27,048 nt of DNA from contig JACPAV010000013.1 in NCBI GenBank assembly GCA_016180645.1, positions 62,001 to 89,048 of the forward strand, given 5' to 3'. Shown here piece after piece: positions 1 to 8,259 of this stretch; the stretch's first letter is position 1; every line of letters starts with the position of its first letter. A model generated the notes under the pieces. It was not told the origin of the DNA, did not search any database, and saw only the letters and a list, made by a program, of their open reading frames with translations. This DNA comes from Nitrospirota bacterium (lineage in GTDB: Bacteria; JACPQY01). The position numbers were made by a program, and so were the translations under genes.

Positions 1-81
1 GCGCATCAGGAGCTGCAGATCGGGATCGATCTCGTACCAGTTGAGGCCGATGGCGGATTCGTACTTCGAATAATCAATCAT
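1..81 (-). CDS. 5' end (partial, runs off window) of a probable acyl-CoA dehydrogenase family protein
   Basis: Manual translation from ATG at 81 gives MIDYSKYESAIGLNWYEIDPDLQLLMR, open to the window edge. The 'N-W/Y-x-x-D-P-x-L' pattern resembles N-termini of AidB-like acyl-CoA dehydrogenases. A promoter lies directly upstream. Only 27 codons are visible, so the product is tentative. Confidence 0.5.
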   Translation of the reverse strand, partial: MIDYSKYESAIGLNWYEIDPDLQLLMR

Positions 82-87
82 GGGCCG

Positions 88-116
88 ACCTTATCGCGGT
101 GAAATTGGCAAGTCAA
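88..116 (-). promoter_or_regulatory. sigma70-type promoter, leaderless arrangement
   Basis: Minus strand TTGACT-17 nt-TAAGGT, then 6 nt (CGGCCC) and ATG at 81; no SD. Confidence 0.65.
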
Positions 117-252
117 TAGTAGGAGAGAGTGACTATCCGTCAGTGCGGACCGGCTGCTTTCAGTGAACGTTGCCGCTCTCGTAGGGAAACTATGACGGTG
201 GTCAGAAATACTGGGGGACGCGGAAAGACGGGTTGTATCGGCTCCTTTTTTC

Positions 253-281
253 TTGAATTGGCCCCCAAAGCAAGCTACGTT
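253..281 (+). promoter_or_regulatory. sigma70-type promoter for nuoJ-N
   Basis: TTGAAT (253-258)-17 nt-TACGTT (276-281), preceded by a T-tract; nuoJ ATG at 299. Confidence 0.5.
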
Positions 282-298
282 ACCCGCTGCAATCGGCT

Positions 299-796
299 AT
301 GGCGAAGTATCTTTTTGCGCTTCTCGGCTCCCTCGCAACGCTTGGTGCGCTGGGGACCATCTTCCTCCCAAATCCGGTACACGCGGCGCTCGCCCTGATC
401 GTGGCCCTCGTGGCCACGGCCGGTGTCTACGTCGTTCTCTCCGCCCCGTTCGTGGCGGTGCTCCAGGTGGCCGTGTACGCCGGCGCGATCATGGTGCTGT
501 TCCTATTCGTGGTCATGTTGCTCAATGTTCAAGGCCGGGCCGGCAAACGCACCGTCTGGATGGGGCTGGGTGTTCTTGGGGGGGGGCTCATGATGGTCCA
601 GATTCTCCACTTGGTGCGCATGCTGCGGATGCCGTCCGCGTCCGTGACTGTTCCAGGTTTCGGCTCGCCGCAGGCGGTGAGCGAATTCCTTTTTGCGAAG
701 TACGCGATTCCGTTCGAGTTGATCTCGGTCCTGCTGCTCGTGGCCATCGTGGGCGCGGTGCTGCTCGGACGCAAGGAGGCACCCAGTGGGCGGTGA
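299..796 (+). CDS. nuoJ: NADH-quinone oxidoreductase subunit J
   Basis: 165 aa hydrophobic protein with NPVHAAL, LQVAVYAGAIMVLFLFVVMLL and YAIPFELISVLLLVAIVGA motifs; first gene of J-K-L-M-N. Confidence 0.95.
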   Translation: MAKYLFALLGSLATLGALGTIFLPNPVHAALALIVALVATAGVYVVLSAPFVAVLQVAVYAGAIMVLFLFVVMLLNVQGRAGKRTVWMGLGVLGGGLMMVQILHLVRMLRMPSASVTVPGFGSPQAVSEFLFAKYAIPFELISVLLLVAIVGAVLLGRKEAPSGR

Positions 797-803
797 GGCC
801 GGA

Positions 804-1103
804 GTGCCACTCTCTTATCCCCTGATCCTCTCCGGTGTTCTCTTTTCACTGGGAACGATCGGCTTCTTCATTCGCCGGAACGTGGTGACGATGCTGATGT
901 GCGTTGAGCTGATGCTCAATGCCGCGAACATTGCTTTCGTGGCCTTCGCCCGGCATCACGCGGAGATGGCCGGACAGATCTGGGTCTTCATCGTGATCAC
1001 TCTTGCGGCGGGTGAGGCCGCGATTGGACTGGCGCTGGTGGTGACGCTGGCGCGCCATCATGGAACGATGGAAGTGGACGACCTCCGTTCGCTCCGAGGA
1101 TAG
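804..1103 (+). CDS. nuoK: NADH-quinone oxidoreductase subunit K
   Basis: RRNxxxMLMCVELMLNAAN and LAAGEAAIGLA carry both conserved Glu. GTG at 804 is preferred over 786 because it gives about 99 aa and no overlap with nuoJ. Confidence 0.95.
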   Translation: MPLSYPLILSGVLFSLGTIGFFIRRNVVTMLMCVELMLNAANIAFVAFARHHAEMAGQIWVFIVITLAAGEAAIGLALVVTLARHHGTMEVDDLRSLRG

Positions 1104-1105
1104 GC

Positions 1106-2944
1106 GTGCCGCGCATCTGGCTGATTCCGCTCGTCCCGCTCGCGGGGTTCGTCGTCCTGGGTCTGTTCCATCGGTGGATTCCCAAGAAGGCCATCTCGTG
1201 GATCGCTTGCGGCACGGTGGCGGTCTCGTTCGTCCTTTCGTTCAAGTCCTTCCTCCCTCTCATGCGCGGCGGCGATCCGATCCACTCGGTGTTCTTCACA
1301 TGGCTCACGATTGGGGACTTCAGCGTCGTCTTCGATTATCTCTTTGATCCGCTCTCCTCCGTCATGGCCCTCGTGATTTCCGGAGTCGGCTTCCTCATCC
1401 ATGTGTTTTCGGTGGGCTACATGGGTCACGACAAAGGCTTCGGGCGGTATTTCGCCTACCTCAATCTTTTCATCTTCTTCATGCTCACGCTCGTCCTGTC
1501 GAACTCGCTCCTGCTGACGTTCGTCGGCTGGGAAGGCGTAGGGTTGTGTTCCTATCTCTTGATAGGTTTCTGGTACGACAAGCCTGATCCGCCCCCGGCC
1601 GCCGTGAAGGCGTTTGTGGTCAACCGGATCGGCGATTTCGGGTTCATCACGGCGATGGTGCTTCTGCTGGCGCACCTCCACACCCTTTCGATCTCGGAAA
1701 TTCTGAACATGGCTCCGGAGTACTACGCCGGCCTGCCGGCGGTGGCGGGGCTCATCGGCCTGCTTCTGTTCCTTGCAGCCACGGGCAAGTCGGCCCAAGT
1801 GCCCCTCTACGTGTGGCTTCCCGATGCCATGGCGGGTCCCACTCCCGTGAGCGCCCTCATCCATGCGGCCACCATGGTGACGGCGGGCGTCTATCTCATG
1901 GCGCGATTCCGGCCGGTCCTCGACATTGTGCCGGACGTGACCGCGCTGATTTGCACCATCGGCGCTGTCACGGCGCTCCTCGCGGCCCTGATCGCGCTTG
2001 CGCAGCGAGACATTAAGAAGGTTCTTGCCTATTCCACCGTCAGCCAGCTCGGATATATGTTCATGGGCGTGTCCGCCGGCTCGGGCGTGGCCGGAATGTT
2101 CCACCTGACCACGCATGCCTTTTTCAAGGCGCTTCTCTTCCTCGGTGCGGGATCGGTGATTCATGCGATGGAGGGTGAGCAGGACATCACGAAAATGGGC
2201 GGCCTGCGACACCATGCGCCGAAAACGTTCTGGACGGTGCTGATCGGCGCGCTTGCGCTGGCCGGTTTCCCGCCCCTCGCCGGGTTCTTCAGCAAGGACC
2301 TCGTGCTGGCCGACGTGCTCCACACCGAACCGCGGGGAACGATTCTCTTTTGGATGGGGATCGTAACGGCGGGACTCACGGCGTTCTACACGGCTCGGTG
2401 GCTGATGCTGATCTTTTTCGGAAAGCCGCGTTTCACGCATCATGCCCACGAGAGTCCCGCGGTGATGACGGTTCCCCTGATGGTGTTGGCCGGCCTAAGC
2501 GTGATCGCCGGATTCGGCGAGCACGGATTTGCATCGTACCTCGCACGGTCGCTCGGCGAGCACGAGCCGGAGGTGGGAAGTGGAGTGATGATGCTGGCTT
2601 CGGGAATCGGCGTGGCCGGACTGGTGGCTGGGATCCTCACGTATCGGGAGCGGGTGCCGGGACCGGGGCCTGCCACCGGCCTGGCCCGCATCTCGGAACG
2701 CAAGTTCTGGGTGGATGAAATCTACGATCTTATTATCGTCAGAACGTATCGTTGGGCTTCGGGCGTGGTCGATCGGTGGATCGACGGCGGGCTGATCGAC
2801 AAACTCGCCGTCGAGGGTTCCGCCGTCGTGACGCAAGCGGCCGGCAAGGTATTGCGGCCCGTCCACAGCGGCCAGCTCCACACGTACGCGTTCGGAATCA
2901 TGCTGGGGCTCGTCGTGGCGCTCGGCTACTTTATCTGGAGATAA
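1106..2944 (+). CDS. nuoL: NADH-quinone oxidoreductase subunit L
   Basis: 612 aa; GWEGVGLCSYLLIGFW, KAFVVNRIGD, GKSAQVPLYVWLPDAMAGPTPVSALIHAATMV, HAFFKALLFL. Confidence 0.97.
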   Translation: MPRIWLIPLVPLAGFVVLGLFHRWIPKKAISWIACGTVAVSFVLSFKSFLPLMRGGDPIHSVFFTWLTIGDFSVVFDYLFDPLSSVMALVISGVGFLIHVFSVGYMGHDKGFGRYFAYLNLFIFFMLTLVLSNSLLLTFVGWEGVGLCSYLLIGFWYDKPDPPPAAVKAFVVNRIGDFGFITAMVLLLAHLHTLSISEILNMAPEYYAGLPAVAGLIGLLLFLAATGKSAQVPLYVWLPDAMAGPTPVSALIHAATMVTAGVYLMARFRPVLDIVPDVTALICTIGAVTALLAALIALAQRDIKKVLAYSTVSQLGYMFMGVSAGSGVAGMFHLTTHAFFKALLFLGAGSVIHAMEGEQDITKMGGLRHHAPKTFWTVLIGALALAGFPPLAGFFSKDLVLADVLHTEPRGTILFWMGIVTAGLTAFYTARWLMLIFFGKPRFTHHAHESPAVMTVPLMVLAGLSVIAGFGEHGFASYLARSLGEHEPEVGSGVMMLASGIGVAGLVAGILTYRERVPGPGPATGLARISERKFWVDEIYDLIIVRTYRWASGVVDRWIDGGLIDKLAVEGSAVVTQAAGKVLRPVHSGQLHTYAFGIMLGLVVALGYFIWR

Positions 2945-2945
2945 G

Positions 2946-4424
2946 GTGGAATTCCGTTTTCTTTCTCTGCTGATCTTCGCGCCCCTTGCGGCAGCGCTAC
3001 TTTGCGTGGCAACGAAACGCAGGCCGGTTCAAACGTTCTTCGGTCTCGTCGGATCGGGAATTCCGCTGATCCTCTCGATCGTCATGGTATACAAGTTTCA
3101 ATCCGGATCGGCGGACTTCCAGTGGGTCGAAAGGATTTCATGGATCCCGCAACTGGGGATCTCGTACCACGTGGGGGTGGACGGCTTGAGTTTCCCGCTT
3201 GTCGCCCTGACGGCCCTTCTTACGTTCCTCGCGCTGATCTATTCGGCCGGTCACATCGCCGCGGCGCCGGGCTGGTTCAATGCGTCGTTCCTCATGCTGG
3301 AAAGCGCCATGATCGGCGTCTTCTGCTCCCTCGATATGGTCCTGTTCTTCCTCTTCTGGGAAATGATGCTGATCCCGATGTACTTCATCATCGGGTATTG
3401 GGGCGGGGCGCGGAAGATCTATGCCGCGGTGAAGTTCTTCCTCTACACGATGGTCGGCGGCGCGTTCATGCTGGTGGGCCTTCTCACGGTGTACGTCCTC
3501 CACCACAAGGCGACGGGAGCCTGGAGCTTCGGGTGGGCGGACTGGGTGTCCATTCGCGATTTCATCGCGCCGAACATGCAGATTTGGCTGTTCGCATCGC
3601 TGGCGATCGGGTTCGCGATCAAGGTGCCGATGTATCCCCTGCATACGTGGCTCCCGGATGCCCACACCGAGGCGCCGACGGCGGGGAGCGTGCTTCTGGC
3701 TGGGGTCCTCCTGAAAATGGGCGCCTACGGCTTCATGCGGTTCGCCTTACCGCTCTTTCCGGAAGGGGCGGCGGCGGCGGCGCCGGTGATGATGTGGGCG
3801 GCGATCCTGGGGATCATCCTGGGCGCGGCGGCATCGTACGTGCAGAAGGACATGAAGAAACTGGTCGCCTACTCCAGCGTGAGCCACATGGGATTCGTCA
3901 TGTTGGGAATCTTCTCGTTCACCCCGGAAGGGATCTCGGGAGCATCGATCCAGATGATCAACCACGGACTCTCCACCGGCGCGCTCTTCCTTGTGGTGGG
4001 CGTGATTTACGAGCGGACGCACAAGAGGGGCGTGAACGATTTCGGCGGGCTGGCGAAGGTGATGCCGTTGTATACGACGGTGAGCGTATTGGTGGTGCTC
4101 TCGTCGGTGGGGCTACCCGGCCTGAACGGATTCGTCGGCGAATTTCTGGTGATCGCGGGAGCGATGAAGGCTCGGCCCGCGTACGGATTTGCATCGGCCC
4201 TTGGGGTCATCCTCGCGGCGGTTTACCTCCTCGCCATGGTGCGGAGGGTTTACTGGGGTGAGACGAAGGAGTCGCTCCACGGCTTGAAGGACCTCACGCT
4301 GCGCGAAGTCATGGTCTTCGCGCCCCTCCTGGCCCTCATTTTCGCCATCGGGATCTATCCGCGGCCTTTCTTCACGGCAACCGGCGCCTCCTTGATGAGA
4401 ATCCTGGAAGGGGTGTCCAGATGA
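2946..4424 (+). CDS. nuoM: NADH-quinone oxidoreductase subunit M
   Basis: 492 aa; FFLFWEMMLIPMY, KVPMYPLHTWLPDAHTEAPTAGS, LLKMGAYG, AYSSVSHMG, GLPGLNGFVGE. Confidence 0.97.
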   Translation: MEFRFLSLLIFAPLAAALLCVATKRRPVQTFFGLVGSGIPLILSIVMVYKFQSGSADFQWVERISWIPQLGISYHVGVDGLSFPLVALTALLTFLALIYSAGHIAAAPGWFNASFLMLESAMIGVFCSLDMVLFFLFWEMMLIPMYFIIGYWGGARKIYAAVKFFLYTMVGGAFMLVGLLTVYVLHHKATGAWSFGWADWVSIRDFIAPNMQIWLFASLAIGFAIKVPMYPLHTWLPDAHTEAPTAGSVLLAGVLLKMGAYGFMRFALPLFPEGAAAAAPVMMWAAILGIILGAAASYVQKDMKKLVAYSSVSHMGFVMLGIFSFTPEGISGASIQMINHGLSTGALFLVVGVIYERTHKRGVNDFGGLAKVMPLYTTVSVLVVLSSVGLPGLNGFVGEFLVIAGAMKARPAYGFASALGVILAAVYLLAMVRRVYWGETKESLHGLKDLTLREVMVFAPLLALIFAIGIYPRPFFTATGASLMRILEGVSR

Positions 4425-5854
4425 GCCTTGGAGCAGCATTCGGTCCCGCCTGGGCGCTCCTGGCGGCGGGAATATTGGTGCTTCTCGTCGACCTCTGGTC
4501 GAAGAATCGATCGCTCCAGGTTTTCCTGGCCGTTGCGGGCGTGATCGCAGGAATCGCCTGGGGCATTTCCGCATCTCATGCGGGCGCCTTCGATTGGCAG
4601 AACATGCTCGCCTCCGACCCGCTCTCCAGGGGAGCGGCGGTGGGCTTTGCCGTCTTGACGGGTCTCCTCCTGCTCGGCTCCCACGATTTCTTCAAAGCCA
4701 AGCGCGCATATGAGGGCGAGGTGATCTACCTTCTCCTGTTCGGCGGATTCGCGATGGCTCTTGTGCCCTTGGCGCGGGATCTCGTAGTGCTATTCATTGC
4801 GTTGGAGACGGTTTCGCTCGTGAGCTACACGCTGATCGCCCACCTTCGGGCGGAAAGCGGCCGGGTGGAGGCGGGAATCAAGTACATGCTGCTCGGCGCG
4901 TTTGGGAGTGCCGTTCTCCTCATGGGGATCGCGTTTTATTTTGGAGTCACGGGAACAACCTCGCTCGATCCGGCGCGGTGGAAGTTGGGCGTCGATCCCA
5001 CAGGAATCGGATGGATCCTCAGCACCGTGTTCATCCTGAGCGGATTGGGCTTCAAAATCGCCTGTGCGCCATTTCACGTTTACGCTCCGGATGTCTACCA
5101 GGGGGCGCCGGGGCCGATCTCGGGGTTCCTGGCCGGTGCGTCAAAAGCTGCATCTTTCCTGGCTCTCTACTCCGTCGGATCGATTTGGTTCACTCCCGGC
5201 GCCGATGCGCTCCAAGGGTCGCTGGGGGACCGCGAAATCCTTCGGAATGTCATCCGGCTTCTGGCCGTGCTGACGATGGCGTGGGGAACCGTCCTAGGAG
5301 TGATTCAGACGGAAGTGAAACGCATTCTCGCGTATTCAAGTATCGCGCACACGGGCTACATTCTTTTGTTCCTCCTTGTGCCGGCGCAGGCGGGGGAGGG
5401 GGTCCTGATCTTCTATGTGGGCGTCTACGCGCTCATGAAAATCGGCGCGTTTCTGTGCGTATCGGTCCATGAGGCTCGGACGGGTGAGAAGCTGGAGCTG
5501 AAGGATCTCTCACGGCTCCGCGCGGAATCGCCGTGGCTTGCCCTGGCGTTTGGAGTGTTCCTGTTTTCTCTCGCGGGAGTCCCGCCGACCGGTGGGTTCA
5601 TGGCGAAGCTTTTGTTGTTCCGCGAGGCGGTGGCGGCCGGCGAAACTCCTCTCGTGATCGTGGGCGTCCTGACGAGCGTCATCGCCGCCGGATTCTATTT
5701 GAAGATTACAATCCCTGTCTTCCTGACCGGCGAGGATCGCGCGACTGAAAGGCCGCACGGCTTCTCCTGGCTCAGACTCGTTGCCGTCGTCACCTCCGCC
5801 GCCGTCCTCTACCTCGGCCTCTTCCCCCCCGTCTCCTGGTTCCGGCTCTCGTAG
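4421..5854 (+). CDS. nuoN: NADH-quinone oxidoreductase subunit N
   Basis: 477 aa; EAGIKY, FKIACAPFHVYAPDVYQGAP, KRILAYSSIAH, SLAGVPPTGGFMAK; ATGA overlap with nuoM. Confidence 0.96.
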   Translation: MSLGAAFGPAWALLAAGILVLLVDLWSKNRSLQVFLAVAGVIAGIAWGISASHAGAFDWQNMLASDPLSRGAAVGFAVLTGLLLLGSHDFFKAKRAYEGEVIYLLLFGGFAMALVPLARDLVVLFIALETVSLVSYTLIAHLRAESGRVEAGIKYMLLGAFGSAVLLMGIAFYFGVTGTTSLDPARWKLGVDPTGIGWILSTVFILSGLGFKIACAPFHVYAPDVYQGAPGPISGFLAGASKAASFLALYSVGSIWFTPGADALQGSLGDREILRNVIRLLAVLTMAWGTVLGVIQTEVKRILAYSSIAHTGYILLFLLVPAQAGEGVLIFYVGVYALMKIGAFLCVSVHEARTGEKLELKDLSRLRAESPWLALAFGVFLFSLAGVPPTGGFMAKLLLFREAVAAGETPLVIVGVLTSVIAAGFYLKITIPVFLTGEDRATERPHGFSWLRLVAVVTSAAVLYLGLFPPVSWFRLS

Positions 5855-5898
5855 ATTGTCTACCGGGGGGTCGAAGCGGAATTCGGGCTGATCGCAGG

Positions 5899-8259
5899 CT
5901 ACTGGGTGAGGACGACTTCAATGGTTACGGCGTCGGCTCGGCCATGGTCGTCGATGACCCGCAAGACGGACTTTCCCTGCCTTGGGACCCAGTAGAGGGT
6001 TTCACCGTTGTTCGCCTTGTCGACGTATCGGTCACCGTCAAACCAGTAGAGGCGGCGCACATCGGCGTCAGCGACCGCGGCAAGGGGGATCGACGGCTTC
6101 TCGATTGCGGTCATGCGCATGGTGTACGCCACTCCGGTCTCCGGTGAACTGATGACCGGAGGGACTCCCCTGTTGTCATTGATATCTATGGGACAACGTG
6201 GATTGTCGGGGGGGGGGGTCCGACGTGGTATACCGGCGCGACGAAACAGATCGAGCAGGTCGGACGGCCAAAATTCAAAGATCGAGGGTTTCACGCGGCT
6301 TGCCCGATCCAAACACGCGCGGCGGCCGGTGGTGGAATCGATGGGGACCAAGCGGTGAATGTCGCACCGCTCGATGGGCGATCTCCCGGGAATAAACCAA
6401 GTGTCAACGGTGTGCGGGCAGTGTGGATTGGGAATTCGACCGGAGACCGCGCACACGCGCACCTTTGACAATCTTCCCAGCCGCGCAGGCCCCGTGAGGT
6501 AGAGGTTCTCGGCATGAGGCTGAAGGGCGTCAATGATACCGAAAAACAGCGGGGCAGCGGTCTGAATCCCGATGAAGGATGGATTGCCTTCTCCATTGAA
6601 GTTGCCCAACCAGACCGCGAGAACGTATTGTCCGAAGATGCCGACCGACCATGCGTCGCGGAAGGCGGAAGATGTTCCGGTCTTCCAGTACACCGGAGCG
6701 ATGTTGCCGGTCCATTCCGGCCGGTAGCCCTGATTCGGACGAACCACGTCCTTGAGAACCTCCAGCACCATGAACGACGATTCAGGTGTGAAGAGAGGAT
6801 CGCCACCGGGCGCGTCGCGATCCATCCGGGTGCGCACCCCCCTTATCTCTCCACGGTTGGCCAGGGAGGCGTAGAGTTGCACGAGGTTCTCCATCGTGAC
6901 TTCCGCACCGCCCAAGACGGGCGCGAGACCGTAGTAATCAGGGCCCCTTGGGAGATCGATGTTGACATGACGAAGGAATCCGTAGAAATTCGGCTCACGG
7001 AGCCGGGACGCAATTTCGACGGCCGGGACGTTCCGGCTCCTGATCAGAGCGTCACGTGCTGCGACAGGACCCGAAAAGTCACGATCAAAATTCTCCGGAC
7101 TGAAACCGCTGAACCGGGAGGGGGTGTCCTTTAGCATGGTCATGGGGTGCACAACACCCTGATCAAATCCCAGCGCATAAGCGAACGGCTTGAGCAGAGA
7201 TCCGGGCGATCGTTTGGCCCTGAATCCATTGACCTGGCCTTGGATGGACTCGTCGAAGTAATCAGCCGATCCGACCGCCGCAAGTACGTCCATCGTTCGA
7301 TGGTCGGCGAGCAGGACCGCCGCGTTGTGGACCCCCTGCATTCGCCGACTTTCGACGTAGGTCGCCACGAGGCGCTCGACCGTTTTCTGGAGGTCCAGGT
7401 CCAGGGTGGATGGGATGGACCCCGTCAGGTCTCGATCTTCCTGGAGCAAATCATCCGTGAAGTGGGGCGCGAGAAAGGGGAGGGCGCTCCTGGACCCAAC
7501 CTTGATCGGCAGGGCCATCATCTGCCGTTGCTCCAAATCCCCCGGATGGTCGGCGATCCACCGCTCGAACAGGGCATTCCGCGCGGCGGACAGATCCACG
7601 TTGATGGGGGCGGCTCCCCGGCTTGTTCCCAATGCTCTTCGGGTGGGGCTTTGAGGGATGACGGCAAGTGTGAGAATCTCCTGCAGTGTCAAACGATTTG
7701 CGGCCTTGCCAAAATAGATCAGGCTTGCCGCCGCGGCGCCTTCAACGTTCTCCCCATACGGGGCCAGATTCAGGTACGCCTCCAGGATCTCCTTTTTTGA
7801 ATAGTGTCTTTCCAGTTGGACGGCGCGCGCAAGTTGAACGAGTTTGCCTCGCAGGGTTCTGGATTTCATCCGATAGCGGATTCGGGCGAGCTGCATGGTG
7901 AGGGTTGATCCACCGATGCGTCGTCCGCCCCCGACGTACGTGTGCCACGCGGCCCGGACGAGCGAGACCGGATTGAATCCAGGGTGATACTTGAAGTGTC
8001 GATCCTCGTGAAGCAGGGTGGCCTCGATCAGCTCCGGAGAGAAGCTTGAAAGAGGCTGCCACATCCGGAATCGCTCATCCGCCGCCGTGGTCAGCCTCAG
8101 GAGGCGTCCTCCCCGGTCGAATACGGCTTGGGAAAAACTCAGCCCTTCGCGGAGTGGAGGTTTCGGTATCGCCGCGAGGCAGGCGATCAGGACGACCGAT
8201 GCCTTGCCGATTCGGCTAATGAGCCGACTCGACCGGCCCCGCGACTTCAATCGTTCCAC
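5899..8259 (-). CDS. pbpC: Penicillin-binding protein 1C (transglycosylase/transpeptidase)
   Basis: GT51 motifs EDRHF, GGSTLTMQLAR, YLNLAPYG; transpeptidase motifs SLLK, SRN, KTGTS; C-terminal beta-rich domain; directly downstream of A2M. Start is uncertain: GTG 8259 (GAGGG upstream) or TTG 8250, and the ORF is open to 8322. Confidence 0.93.
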   Translation of the reverse strand: MERLKSRGRSSRLISRIGKASVVLIACLAAIPKPPLREGLSFSQAVFDRGGRLLRLTTAADERFRMWQPLSSFSPELIEATLLHEDRHFKYHPGFNPVSLVRAAWHTYVGGGRRIGGSTLTMQLARIRYRMKSRTLRGKLVQLARAVQLERHYSKKEILEAYLNLAPYGENVEGAAAASLIYFGKAANRLTLQEILTLAVIPQSPTRRALGTSRGAAPINVDLSAARNALFERWIADHPGDLEQRQMMALPIKVGSRSALPFLAPHFTDDLLQEDRDLTGSIPSTLDLDLQKTVERLVATYVESRRMQGVHNAAVLLADHRTMDVLAAVGSADYFDESIQGQVNGFRAKRSPGSLLKPFAYALGFDQGVVHPMTMLKDTPSRFSGFSPENFDRDFSGPVAARDALIRSRNVPAVEIASRLREPNFYGFLRHVNIDLPRGPDYYGLAPVLGGAEVTMENLVQLYASLANRGEIRGVRTRMDRDAPGGDPLFTPESSFMVLEVLKDVVRPNQGYRPEWTGNIAPVYWKTGTSSAFRDAWSVGIFGQYVLAVWLGNFNGEGNPSFIGIQTAAPLFFGIIDALQPHAENLYLTGPARLGRLSKVRVCAVSGRIPNPHCPHTVDTWFIPGRSPIERCDIHRLVPIDSTTGRRACLDRASRVKPSIFEFWPSDLLDLFRRAGIPRRTPPPDNPRCPIDINDNRGVPPVISSPETGVAYTMRMTAIEKPSIPLAAVADADVRRLYWFDGDRYVDKANNGETLYWVPRQGKSVLRVIDDHGRADAVTIEVVLTQ

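Noticed and set aside
578..586. G9 tract in nuoJ as a phase-variation site
   Set aside because: In frame, encodes a Gly run in a core respiratory subunit, and is unremarkable at this GC content
1058..4574. Long alternative ORFs over the nuo genes (1058-2449 -, 3002-4261 + and others)
   Set aside because: Shadow frames expected from GC-rich codon bias; Arg/Gly/His-rich with no recognisable motifs and fully overlapping well-supported genes
1106..5854. Mrp antiporter or a complex I with a duplicated NuoM
   Set aside because: Order and motifs match single nuoJ, K, L, M and N; no MrpE/F/G and no second M subunit
5851..5898. Intrinsic terminator between convergent nuoN and pbpC
   Set aside because: Only a 5-bp stem (GTAGA/TCTAC) with no U-tract on either strand
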